Shown here: positions 8,207 to 17,902 of the stretch, one piece after another
Position numbering within the stretch: position 1 is the first letter of the stretch
How the letters are laid out: each line of letters begins with the position of its first letter
Assembly: GCA_964510585.1 (NCBI GenBank)
Contig: CAZECW010000056.1
Location: 1-19,699 of the forward strand
DNA length: 19,699 nt
Reading direction: 5' to 3'
Origin: an uncultured archaeon
GTDB lineage: Archaea; Asgardarchaeota; Jordiarchaeia; Jordiarchaeales; Jordiarchaeaceae
Made by a program: the position numbers and the translations under genes
Notes under the pieces: model-generated
Databases searched by the model: none
Told to the model about the DNA's origin: nothing
What the model saw: the letters and a program-made list of their open reading frames with translations, nothing else

Positions 8207-8653
8207 TTGTTGGATGCTGAAAATATTATCGAATATATAGCAAGTAATTACAAGGGTTCCAGAAAAATTGTTGAGATAGGAGTGGGGAGAGTTCATCAAA
8301 TAGCTTTAGGACTAAGGGAAAAACTACCAGAAACAGAGATTGTCGTCACAGACATAGAACCTAACAACCTTGAGCAGATACCCCATTGCCATGGCTTAAA
8401 AACTGTTGTCGACGATATAACCGCACCAAAGATGGGAATATATGCTAACAGCACGCTCATTTACTCTATTCGTCCCCCTCCCGAGCTTCATCCCCACCTT
8501 TTAGAATTAGCAAAAAAAGTGCAAGCCGACCTTATAATTCGATTACTGACAAATGAACCTCTCTACATACATCATACTACGCATAAAATTATAAATTATA
8601 AAAAAACAGTGCTACATCTTTTTAAGTTCAGAGACATTAAAGAGAACAGATAA
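8207..8653 (+). CDS. UPF0146-family protein
   Basis: KIVEIGVG, VTDI, DDI..P...IY....LIYSIRPPPEL pattern. Confidence 0.8.
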   Translation: MLDAENIIEYIASNYKGSRKIVEIGVGRVHQIALGLREKLPETEIVVTDIEPNNLEQIPHCHGLKTVVDDITAPKMGIYANSTLIYSIRPPPELHPHLLELAKKVQADLIIRLLTNEPLYIHHTTHKIINYKKTVLHLFKFRDIKENR

Positions 8654-8808
8654 GATGTTTATGCTTCAATAGTTTTAATCATTTGTTGTAAAACAATATA
8701 TTTTATTAAGTAAAGGGGTAAGATTATTTTTCATTACCGAATACTACAAAAAATTAATAAAAGATTTGTATTAATTGACATATTACACTGTAACTGGAGG
8801 TTATAAGT

Positions 8809-11240
8809 ATGAATCCCAGTGAAAAAAGGTTTATCTTATGGTTCGAAGAAGTTGGAAAAAGCGATGTGACTGCAGTAGGAGGAAAATCCGCTAACTTGGG
8901 CGAATTAACAACAAAAGCCAAAGTTCCAGTTCCACCAGGTTTTTCAGTTACTACCTATGCCTATAAAAAGTTCCTCGAGGATGCAAAAATAGAAACTAAG
9001 ATATTTAACATGCTGGAAAAAACCGATATTAAAGACTTCCAGCAACTCGAAGATACATCAAACAAAATTAGGCGCCTTATTGAATCTACACCAATACCTA
9101 AGGACATTTCAGAGGCAATAATGGAGAGTTACGATGAACTAGGTAAAAGAGTAAAACAAAGAGAGCCATTAGTGGCTGTCAGGTCGAGCGCCTCCGCAGA
9201 GGATAAAGTAATGGGCTAACCGTTCTTCCTCTATTGCCAGGCGCATCTTTTGCTGGACAACAGGAAACTTATCTAAATGTAAACAGGGAAGGTTTGCTTG
9301 AAGCAGTAAGAAAATGTTGGAGTAGCTTATTCACAAAGAGAGCCATAACTTATAGGCAAGAAAAGGGATTCAGACACCAAGATGTGCTAATTAGCGTAGC
9401 TGTCCAACTTATGGTCGATGCGAAATCTGCGGGAGTCATGTTTACACTACACCCAACAACTGGAGATGCTACAAAAATAATGATAGAAGCCAGTTGGGGA
9501 TTAGGAGAAGCTGTCGTAAGCGGAGCAGTAACACCAGACACATACTTAGTGGACAAATCCACTCTAGAAATAATAGAAAAACATGTTGTACCCAAAAAAG
9601 TAGAGTACAAACTGAATCCTAAGACTGGAAAAACCGAACACTTAGAAGTCCCCCCAGAAAGACAAAATATCCCCGCTCTGACCGATGATGAAATAAAAAA
9701 GGTTGCGTGGTATGGAAAACAAATAGAAAACCACTATAAAACACCACAAGACATAGAATGGGCAGTAGATAAGAGTGGAGAAATATACATATTACAATCC
9801 AGACCAGAAACAGTACATGGTTTAAAACTGGAAACTATGGAAACAACAAAGGCCGTCCCACAGGAAACCACCACGGAACGCGAAATAATACTCAGGGGAC
9901 TAGGGGTATCGCCGGGAATAGCGTCAGGCCCCGTGAAGGTTATTAAAGATGTTAGTGGCATAAGGCAAGTAGAGGAAGGAGACATTTTAGTAACAAAAAT
10001 GACCACGCCCGACTGGGTTCCCGCTATGAAAAAAGCGGCAGCCATTGTAACTGATGAAGGAGGATACACTTGCCACGCGGCGATAGTATCCCGAGAACTA
10101 GGGACTCCCTGCATAGTGGGAACCGAAAAGGGAACGGCTGTCTTGGCGAATGAGGGGCAAGTGACCGTTGATGGTGGAAGAGGAATAGTTTACCGGGGAG
10201 TTTTAGAAAGGGCAAAAGAGGAATTTGTAGCAACAAATACTGGCATGGGAATAATACCTACTGCCACAAAAATCTACGTGAACCTATCGATACCAGAAAT
10301 AGCAGACAGAGTTGCGAAACAGACGCAGGCAGATGGAGTTGGATTACTCAGAGCAGAACACTTAATGATAACCATTGGAAAACACCCAAGAAAACTTATT
10401 GAAGAGGGCGGAGATCAAGAAATGATAGACAAATTTGCAGAAGGTATAAGAAAAGTTGCAGAAGCCTTCAGCCCAGGTCCAGTGGTGTACCGTTTTCTAG
10501 ACTTTAAACCTGACGAATTCTTAGCTTTAGAAGGGGGAAGAGAATATGAAGCCGGCCACATTGGCCCAAATCCAATGATTGGTTTTAGAGGCCAATTCCG
10601 ATACGTAAAGGAGCCAGATGTTTTTAGGCTAGAGTGCAGGGCGGTGAAAAAGGTTAGAGAAACATATGGATTAAAAAATCTTTGGGTAATGCTCCCCTTT
10701 GTTCAAAGTATAGAAGTTTTTAGAATTGCAAAGCAGATTATGAAAGAAGAAGGACTGGATCCAGAAATAGACCCCGACTTCCAGATCTGGATTATGGTGG
10801 AAGTCCCAAGCAGTGTACTTTTGATAGACAAATTCTGCCAAGAGGGGATAAATGGGGTTAGCTTTGGGACAAATGATTTAACGATGTTAATTCTGGGTGT
10901 AGACCGTAATGATGCTAGCGTTCAGGAGTTGTACGATGAGCGTAACTTGGCAGTTCTACGTGCAATTGCATATACTATTAAAATATGTAAAAAATATGGG
11001 GTGACCACTTCTATCTGTGGGCAGGCGCCAAGCGTTTATCCAGACTATTTAGAGTTTCTAGTTCGTATGGGTGCCACCAGCATTAGCGTAAACCCTGATG
11101 CAGTCACATTTACCCGTCAAATGGTCGCCAAGATTGAGCGAAAATTACTATTGGAAAATGTCACAGGGCCTACACGTATACGTGTGGGTAAGAACTTTAT
11201 GGATGATGTAGAATTCTGGAAACTGGTGGAAGACAAGTGA
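8809..11240 (+). CDS. ppsA: Phosphoenolpyruvate synthase (pyruvate,water dikinase); join(8809..9204,9234..11240), 800 aa after intron removal
   Basis: GGKSANLGEL, PVPPGF, AVRSSASAED|LPGASFAGQQETYLN, DIEWA, ILQSRPET, phosphocarrier GGYTCHAAIVSRELG, GVGLLRAE, MVEVPS, SFGTNDLT and ICGQAPS. SD GGAGGT at 8796-8801. Confidence 0.95.
9205..9233 (+). other. Candidate 29-nt BHB-type mRNA intron in ppsA
   Basis: Central helix GAGG (9199-9202) / CCTC (9228-9231). 3-nt bulges AT|A (9203-9205) and TA|T (9232-9234). Exon-exon helix GCA/TGC plus GCGCCT/AGGCGC. Intron stem AAG-AATGG / CCGTT-CTT around a GCTAA loop. Removal restores the frame. Confidence 0.88.
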
Positions 11241-11367
11241 CTACCTAGTAAACCATATATTTCCAGATGAAACCTTTAAACATGAAAGAGTAAAAAATTG
11301 GCTCAACATACCAATTAACTAGTTACCTATAAAACCAATAAATCTAACTTTATTGGCAAACGTGTAT

Positions 11368-11380
11368 GGAAACCTTAATA
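11368..11380 (+). promoter_or_regulatory. Putative BRE-TATA promoter of rpl10e
   Basis: GGAAACCTTAATA, ending about 45 nt upstream of ATG 11426. Position and pattern only. Confidence 0.4.
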
Positions 11381-11425
11381 TGCTAATGAGTTTTAGTATT
11401 GGTGTCACTTAAAGAGGTGAGCAAA

Positions 11426-11947
11426 ATGTCTAAGAGACCCGCAAGGTGCTACACCGAAATTGATCGTCCGCCCTATACCCGAAGAGAGTATGTTCGTGGC
11501 GGCCCAGATCCAAAGATAAGGATTTTTGATATGGGCAATCGTCAAGGGAAATTCGATTTGAGAGGGGACCTCATCATTGAAGAAAGGTGTCAGGTCAGCC
11601 ATAAGGCACTCGAAGCTCTGCGTATCTCCGTTAACAGGAATCTTTCCACAATGATGGGAAAAGACGACTTCCGCTTTGTTATACATGTAAAACCATTCCA
11701 TATTCTTAGAGAAAATAGAATGATGGCGTTTGCAGGAGCTGACCGTTTACAGGATGGGATGCGTCGAGCGTTTGGTAAGCCAGTTGGTCGTGCGGCGCGG
11801 GTTCGTGATGGGCAAGTCATCTGCAGTATTTGGGCTTATGATACTCCCAAGAATAGAGAGATTTTAAAGAAAATTCTTCGTATTGGCGGCTCAAAACTTC
11901 CTAGACCCTCCAGGGTTAAACTTGTATCCGAAGAAAATTCAGATTAG
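11426..11947 (+). CDS. rpl10e: 50S ribosomal protein L10e (uL16)
   Basis: RPARCY, PYTRREY, HILREN, GADRLQDGMRRAFGKP, SKLP. ATG 11426 follows GAGGTGA. Confidence 0.96.
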   Translation: MSKRPARCYTEIDRPPYTRREYVRGGPDPKIRIFDMGNRQGKFDLRGDLIIEERCQVSHKALEALRISVNRNLSTMMGKDDFRFVIHVKPFHILRENRMMAFAGADRLQDGMRRAFGKPVGRAARVRDGQVICSIWAYDTPKNREILKKILRIGGSKLPRPSRVKLVSEENSD

Positions 11948-12017
11948 CGATTTCCTCGTATTATTTGCTTAGATCTTTTCCCTTATTTTAACTAGTTTTG
12001 CTACACGCTTTTGCTTT

Positions 12018-12623
12018 TCACTTTAAAAGTTTCCACTCTTTATCTGTATGTATTTTGCTGAATTCAGGGCCCACAGCGCCAATATACTTTGCCTCCGGTT
12101 TGCTAATGTATCCTCTATCTTCATCGTCCATGGTATGGAGAACTAATTGAGCTATTCTTGTTCCAGGGTACAATGCTAGATTTGCTTCTCCCAAGTTAAC
12201 CAATTCCAAGGTTAGCGATCCTGAAAAGCCTGGTCCTACCATTGTTGCTGTAGCAATGATTAGTCCAACACGCCCCCACGATGATCTTCCTATTACGTAT
12301 CCCAAGAGGTCGTTTGGCAATTTTATGTATTCTAAGGTGCTTCCTAGAACGAATTGGCGTGGTTGGAGGACAAGTTTTCTTTTGTATCCAATGTAGATTT
12401 TATCTTGATATTGTTCTATTTGGGACTCAATATTTTCCTGCATCGGATCCAAGAGGTGATACTTAGTTCTTTTCGTGATGATAAATTCTGTTCCTAGCCT
12501 TAGGTCTATTGAGCCGTGAGCTATTTGATCTTCATGACTAATTATTGGCGTAATTACTAGCCTCTTTTGTGGGTTTTCATGAAATAGCCTATCCATTATA
12601 CTCTTTGAGGATAGTACGGTCAT
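12018..12623 (-). CDS. dcd: dCTP deaminase
   Basis: GSIDLRLG, F.LGSTLEYIKLP, GRSSWGRVG, PGFSGSLTLELVN, LYPGTRIAQL. ATGA overlap with the upstream gene. Confidence 0.9.
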   Translation of the reverse strand: MTVLSSKSIMDRLFHENPQKRLVITPIISHEDQIAHGSIDLRLGTEFIITKRTKYHLLDPMQENIESQIEQYQDKIYIGYKRKLVLQPRQFVLGSTLEYIKLPNDLLGYVIGRSSWGRVGLIIATATMVGPGFSGSLTLELVNLGEANLALYPGTRIAQLVLHTMDDEDRGYISKPEAKYIGAVGPEFSKIHTDKEWKLLK

Positions 12624-14431
12624 TTTGTTGATTCCCTCATCCTTCTATGTATTTCGCTAAGTTCTATTGCTTTTTGTATCAAGCTGTCGAGTTTGATGTC
12701 AACTTGACTTTTTTCTTTAGATGTCTTGGCATTGAGCAATTTGTACACTTCGTTTATGTGGCTTAATTTTAATAACCAACTAGCATTCAGAATTGAGATT
12801 ATTTTTGCGGGGCGACTTTTTCTACTTTTAAAATCTAAAATCTCGTTGGGCGGTATAAGGTTTGAGATTGAGGAAATTAGGAAGTAAACTTCTTCCTCAA
12901 AAAGTTCTAAAGTATATCTTTTTCCTTCAGTTATTTTTTTTATCTCCTCTTTAATTTTGCTAATTAAATTGAGTACTTCTTTGTTTGCCAAACTATCATC
13001 TATCGTATATTTCTCTATTTTTTCAATTTCTTTTCCAATTTCAACATTTCTTGTATAATTTAACTGTTTAATCTCCTCTGTAATTATTTTTAATCGACTT
13101 TTTAGCGGCACCTCTGATTCCTGGTTATCCGTATTAAAAGTGTATTTAAAAAAGGAAAACATGTAAGATGGACCAAAAATATGGGTCGATAACAAGTCTG
13201 AGGCAACAGTTGTAATCCAATTCTTAATTTTCTTTAGAGACTGCTCAGCTACTCTAACTTTTTCAATTTCTTGTTTTTCCAAATCCTTTAAATCAAATGA
13301 TGATAAAAATGAAACAAAATCAGAAAAATTTTTTGAACTTACTATTTTTGGGAAGGTTTCGTAATATTCAAGCAAATAACTGCCAATTCGATTTGCTATA
13401 GAACTATGTAAAAACAAATTATCTCTCTCTAATTTTGGGATATTAAAAATTAGTATACGTTGACACATGTCATCCCTTAATTTTACCATTTCTTCTTTAT
13501 CCAGAGCATATTTTAGGATGGTTTCTAAGATAGTTGGTAAATCTAAATATGAAAGATTGCTATCGCCCGAGAGGCTTACAATTATTAGCACATCTTTTTG
13601 AAAATCACTAATAATGCTCTCTAGAGCATAATGTACTCCCAGGGGAAAGTGTCTTACATTTGACGCCTCTAAAAGTTCTGATATTTCGTATGTAAGTGAT
13701 ATGAGTTGGTTATATCTCTCCGCATTGATTTGCAATATTTGAGTTAATTGCTCTTGAAGTTCAGGGGGCAATTTAATTATATCTGCATTTTCCTCTGCTA
13801 AAGAAGCCAACTTTCTATATATCTTTGAGGAGATTTTTAGCAGTAGGCTTATGACCTTTTCTTGTGTATTTGTTGGGAATTCTTCAGATCTCAGTCGTTC
13901 TAATAAATGCTCTTGGGATAAAATTCTTTCTATCGCTAATTCTATGGCTCTTTTATCATTAATGTAGTGTTTATGACCTTCTAAGGATTTGAAAAAGTTA
14001 TTGCCTTCTTCCAGAGTTTTTTCACTAATTTTATTAAAAAACTTTACTATACTATCTAACTTTTCATTAATTCTCTTTCTAGAAATTATTCCCTCTAACT
14101 TTCGCCTCATTTCGGCTATTTCCGCCATTAAATTCTTTCCCTCAAGCTCAGAGCAGGTAGACAACACCAAGCGGTAGATTATTAAATTAAAGTATGTGTC
14201 TTTTTCGATAATTATTGGTGGAAAATTATCTTTAGCCTTTTCAACTGCTCTAAGGAATATCAAGGCCTCTCTCAAAATTTCTTCATCTATCCTCTGCAAT
14301 CCAACTGTATAACAAAAAAGAGCTTTTACTATTCTGTCAGAGAGGAAACCAATTTCGAACAGTATTGACAATTCTGATAACTCATTTTGGCTCATCATTT
14401 TAAGCACCATAACATTCCCTAGCAAATTCAC
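12620..14431 (-). CDS. Hypothetical 603-aa protein, possibly containing a degenerate HExxH-peptidase-like domain
   Basis: Long ORF with its stop overlapping the dcd start. Start may be ATG 14410 or 14398. Domain call is inference only. Confidence 0.7.
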   Translation of the reverse strand: MNLLGNVMVLKMMSQNELSELSILFEIGFLSDRIVKALFCYTVGLQRIDEEILREALIFLRAVEKAKDNFPPIIIEKDTYFNLIIYRLVLSTCSELEGKNLMAEIAEMRRKLEGIISRKRINEKLDSIVKFFNKISEKTLEEGNNFFKSLEGHKHYINDKRAIELAIERILSQEHLLERLRSEEFPTNTQEKVISLLLKISSKIYRKLASLAEENADIIKLPPELQEQLTQILQINAERYNQLISLTYEISELLEASNVRHFPLGVHYALESIISDFQKDVLIIVSLSGDSNLSYLDLPTILETILKYALDKEEMVKLRDDMCQRILIFNIPKLERDNLFLHSSIANRIGSYLLEYYETFPKIVSSKNFSDFVSFLSSFDLKDLEKQEIEKVRVAEQSLKKIKNWITTVASDLLSTHIFGPSYMFSFFKYTFNTDNQESEVPLKSRLKIITEEIKQLNYTRNVEIGKEIEKIEKYTIDDSLANKEVLNLISKIKEEIKKITEGKRYTLELFEEEVYFLISSISNLIPPNEILDFKSRKSRPAKIISILNASWLLKLSHINEVYKLLNAKTSKEKSQVDIKLDSLIQKAIELSEIHRRMRESTK

Positions 14432-14476
14432 ATTGTTAACAGTAAATTCGATTTTAATTTGGAAGTGTAATTCTTC

Positions 14477-15205
14477 TTATTTATTTTTTGAAGTTAAAAA
14501 TGAATGTATTCTTCTAAGAACGCCTATTAGTGTATAAATTTCCCTCCCAGAAATAAAAGCTCTGGAAATAACATTACGAAAAACCCTCTCCGCGATATGG
14601 TATTTAAAGGAGGGATAGTTTATGTCTGATAGAATTAGCTGAAAATACTCTAAAGCCTTTTCTTTTTCCAGCCTTGAAGAAGCCCTAGGAGCGCCTTTTC
14701 GCCATCGTGCTTGGCTTTTATAAATCTCGTAAAATATGATTGCAGCAGCATGTGAAACATTTAGAGCCGAATAATTTGATGTAGGAATTGTAACAATAAT
14801 ATCTGCCTCCTCCAATTCTTCATTGCTCAGACCACTACTTTCCCGCCCAAAAAGTAAAGCAATTTTTCCACTGATATTTACCAGTCTATCCACTAATGCT
14901 TCAGGATTTATAACAGTTCTAAGAACATTGTAGTTCATTCCCGATTTAGCCGTTGTGCCTACTATGAAATCTGCATCCGAAATAGCTTCTTTGAGGGTAT
15001 TAACTATACGCATATTTCTAAGAATATCTATACCGTGCATTGCACGTAGCTCTGCTTCAAACATGTTTTCGAATTTTGGATTAACCAGTATGAGCTCTTC
15101 TAGTGCAAAATTTTTCATCACACGAGCAATCGCACCAACATTTCCAGCATTTTCTGGCTCTAAGACGACCACTTTAACATTTATCAAAATAATCATCCAC
15201 TTCAA
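14477..15205 (-). CDS. trmJ: TrmJ/LasT-family SPOUT tRNA methyltransferase
   Basis: VLEPENAGNVGAIARVMKNF, IVGTT, LFGRESSGLSNEEL, IPT..YSALNVSHAAAI. Confidence 0.88.
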   Translation of the reverse strand: MKWMIILINVKVVVLEPENAGNVGAIARVMKNFALEELILVNPKFENMFEAELRAMHGIDILRNMRIVNTLKEAISDADFIVGTTAKSGMNYNVLRTVINPEALVDRLVNISGKIALLFGRESSGLSNEELEEADIIVTIPTSNYSALNVSHAAAIIFYEIYKSQARWRKGAPRASSRLEKEKALEYFQLILSDINYPSFKYHIAERVFRNVISRAFISGREIYTLIGVLRRIHSFLTSKNK

Positions 15206-16362
15206 TTAACATAAAACTGAATAATATCATTATCCTCGAGCACATGTTCTAATCCCACTTTTTCTCCTTCATGCTTAACAGATTTCCCATATATACGAGC
15301 ATACTTGAAATTCTTAATAAAGCGTACATGAAGCCTTTTAGCTACATCCTCAACACTGGAGCCCTTTTTAAGAACAAGAGGTTTCTCTGAAACAACTTTT
15401 CCAGGCTCCCGAGTATAAATTCGAATAATACCTAGCGATTTGAATATTCCCTCTTTAAATTCATTGATCCCTTTTTCTTTAAAAATGGATATTGGATAAA
15501 TTTCAAATCGTTTACCATAATGATCCACGAGCTTTTTATAATTCTCGGAAGAACCCATCAAATCCCCCTTAGTGGCAACTATTATAGCATTTTTATATTC
15601 CACACTATTATTCATAGCTAAATCGATATCCTCCAAGGTGGTTTTACCCCAGATACGAACTATTGCATTGATTACACGTTTTCCCCGCAAAAAATTTGAA
15701 ATATCTTCTGAACTGCCATCAAAAAAATGCTGACCCATTATTTGTATTCCCCCGCTGCCAGTCTTTTTTACTTCAACTGGGGGTGGATTTAAGTTAAGTA
15801 GAATCCCCGCAGATTCTAATTCCCCTAATAAAATTCTAACTTGCTGCAAAACATCCTGAGACAAATCTACAACTAAAACTATAGAGTCAGCATTTCTAAT
15901 AGCGGAAAAAATTTGAGGCCCGTTCTCGCTACTTCTGCAACCTTCAAAAAGTGCAGGTGATTCCACTATCTGTATGGGAACCGAATTAAAATCTAAAATA
16001 CCAACTTCAGGGCGGGTTGTCGTAAAAGGATAACCCCCTACTTTAGCTTTGGCTCCAGTGAGGTAGTTCAAGATTGTGCTTTTTCCGGTGCTTGTTAATC
16101 CCACTAAAATAACCTGCCCGGCTCCTTGCTTTTTAATGCTGAACTCTTGGGTTCTACCATACTTCCTTGTCTTTTCTTTTTCAACTTCTGCCCTGAGTTT
16201 TGCTAATCTCTTTTTAAGCTGATTTACGAAATTCTCTGTTCCTTTATGTTTATCCATACACTTTAATAACTCTTGTATAGCCGCAATTTTCTCTTCCTTT
16301 GTATCTGCTTCTTCCAATCTCCTCAAGGCTACTTGGGCCTCGGGATTTAGATTGATTGGCAA
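15202..16362 (-). CDS. DRG/OBG-family GTPase with C-terminal TGS domain
   Basis: KHKGTE, G1 GLTSTGKST, YPFTT, G4 TKGD, RIYTREPG, GLEHVLEDNDIIQ. TTG start after GGAGG. Confidence 0.9.
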   Translation of the reverse strand: MPINLNPEAQVALRRLEEADTKEEKIAAIQELLKCMDKHKGTENFVNQLKKRLAKLRAEVEKEKTRKYGRTQEFSIKKQGAGQVILVGLTSTGKSTILNYLTGAKAKVGGYPFTTTRPEVGILDFNSVPIQIVESPALFEGCRSSENGPQIFSAIRNADSIVLVVDLSQDVLQQVRILLGELESAGILLNLNPPPVEVKKTGSGGIQIMGQHFFDGSSEDISNFLRGKRVINAIVRIWGKTTLEDIDLAMNNSVEYKNAIIVATKGDLMGSSENYKKLVDHYGKRFEIYPISIFKEKGINEFKEGIFKSLGIIRIYTREPGKVVSEKPLVLKKGSSVEDVAKRLHVRFIKNFKYARIYGKSVKHEGEKVGLEHVLEDNDIIQFYVN

Positions 16363-16460
16363 TTCAAATCCTCCAGTTGAATATTTTTTGTTGGAGGCTA
16401 GTTTTGCCGATATTACGGAAAATTGTTAACATTTTTAAACATGTCTAAAAATGAATCCCT

Positions 16461-17072
16461 TTATACCTTTTTGAGATTAATTAAAAATAATTTTTCGAAG
16501 AAAAAATTTTTTTCTACTTTTATTTCCACATCAAACTGTTTCTTTTTAACATAAGAGAGGGTATCCCCTATTTTAGATAATGAGGATAAAACCATCTGCA
16601 CTCGTCCCCCCTCTCTTAAAAAATCATCAAGCCTTGCAAGGAATAAATTAATTACCGCCCTACCATTTTCTCCTCCATCCCATGCTCTTTCAAGTATACT
16701 CTCAGTTTTTTCGGTTTCAGGTATTGGCAAATAGGGTGGATTAAAAAGTATCAAACTGAAAATTTCATTGGGTTTTAAAACATCCCACAAATCACCTAAA
16801 CGTGCTTCGACACGTGTTTCAACTTTATTTAGAGATATATTTACTCTCGCATTCATGATTGCTCTTTGGGAAATATCAATGCCCACAACTTTTTTAGCAA
16901 TTTTCCCCGCAATAACCGCTAAAATTCCACAACCAGTGCCCATGTCAAGAACATAATCATTTTTTGATACATCCATATTTTCGGCTAATAAAAAAGTATC
17001 ATCTGAAGGATCGTAAACGTCTTCAAAAACAAGAAATTTAAACCCTTGATACTCAAAACTTTTCATAATCAA
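16461..17072 (-). CDS. HemK2/PrmC-like methyltransferase
   Basis: VYDPSDDTFLL, DMGTGCG, FNPPYLP, AWDGGENG. Start is probably ATG 17066. Confidence 0.9.
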   Translation of the reverse strand: MIMKSFEYQGFKFLVFEDVYDPSDDTFLLAENMDVSKNDYVLDMGTGCGILAVIAGKIAKKVVGIDISQRAIMNARVNISLNKVETRVEARLGDLWDVLKPNEIFSLILFNPPYLPIPETEKTESILERAWDGGENGRAVINLFLARLDDFLREGGRVQMVLSSLSKIGDTLSYVKKKQFDVEIKVEKNFFFEKLFLINLKKV

Positions 17073-17896
17073 CCCTTCTTCAATGTCATGAGAACTTTAA
17101 CTATCTTATTTATCTCCATGGGTGTCAGGTCTCTAACCCTTCTTTCGAATAGTTCAGGGGCGGATTCTAGTTTATTAATTTCGATATCTTTACTTTTTAG
17201 ATAATACTTTATACTATGTTTTGCCTTTTTATTTGGATGCATAAACAGAAAACGCACTATCTCAAAAAAGAGGTTCTCATTTGAAATTTCGAACGGTGGA
17301 TGCTTTGGTCTCAACAAGATAACTGCAGATTCAACTTTTGGGGGCGGATAAAACGCTTTTCTGGGAACCCTCTCCAGTAACTTTGCATCCGCTTTACAGT
17401 ATACTCCAATAGTTATTCTACCGTAATCTTTTGTACCTGGTTCTGCTATTAACCGTTTAGCAAATTCCAGTTGGTAGATCAAAACCGCTCTTTCATATTT
17501 CGATGAGAGAATTTTAAAGGTTAATGGGGAAGATATAGAGTATGGAATGTTGGAAACAATTTTTTGAACTGCTGGAAATTCTAATTTTAGGGCGTCGCCA
17601 GATATTAATTCCACGTTATTAAAACTAGATAACCGCTTTCTCAGAATACTGAATAATTTTTGATCCTTCTCTATCGCAAAAACTTTTTTAGCCTTTTCCG
17701 CTAGAGCCGCGGTTAAGGTACCTAACCCTGCGCCTATTTCAAGTACCGTATCGGACGGTTTTATTTCCGCGTATTCGATCTCTCTTTTGAGTAAGTTGGA
17801 ATTGACTAAGAAGTGTTGTCCTTTCCTTTTATCTGCCTTAATATTATACTCTTTTAATATTTTGATGGTTTCTAAAAACAAATTATCATCGAGCAA
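17069..17896 (-). CDS. ksgA: 16S rRNA adenine dimethyltransferase KsgA/RsmA
   Basis: GQHFL, LEIGAGLG.LT, SNIPYSISSP, YGR, FYPPPKVES. Confidence 0.95.
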   Translation of the reverse strand: MLDDNLFLETIKILKEYNIKADKRKGQHFLVNSNLLKREIEYAEIKPSDTVLEIGAGLGTLTAALAEKAKKVFAIEKDQKLFSILRKRLSSFNNVELISGDALKLEFPAVQKIVSNIPYSISSPLTFKILSSKYERAVLIYQLEFAKRLIAEPGTKDYGRITIGVYCKADAKLLERVPRKAFYPPPKVESAVILLRPKHPPFEISNENLFFEIVRFLFMHPNKKAKHSIKYYLKSKDIEINKLESAPELFERRVRDLTPMEINKIVKVLMTLKKG

Positions 17897-17902
17897 TCTA
17901 AA

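Noticed and set aside
8783-8793. TTACA-C-TGTAA palindrome before the ppsA SD
   Set aside because: 5-bp arms are expected by chance in AT-rich DNA.
9234-11240. ppsA as two independent genes or as a pseudogene
   Set aside because: The split falls inside a conserved motif, the TTG has no SD, both halves are otherwise intact, and BHB excision repairs the frame exactly.
15202-16362. Non-canonical G3 motif (ESPA for DxxG) as a dead GTPase
   Set aside because: G1, G2 and G4 are retained, and I recall similar G3 variants in this archaeal subfamily; I cannot show novelty.
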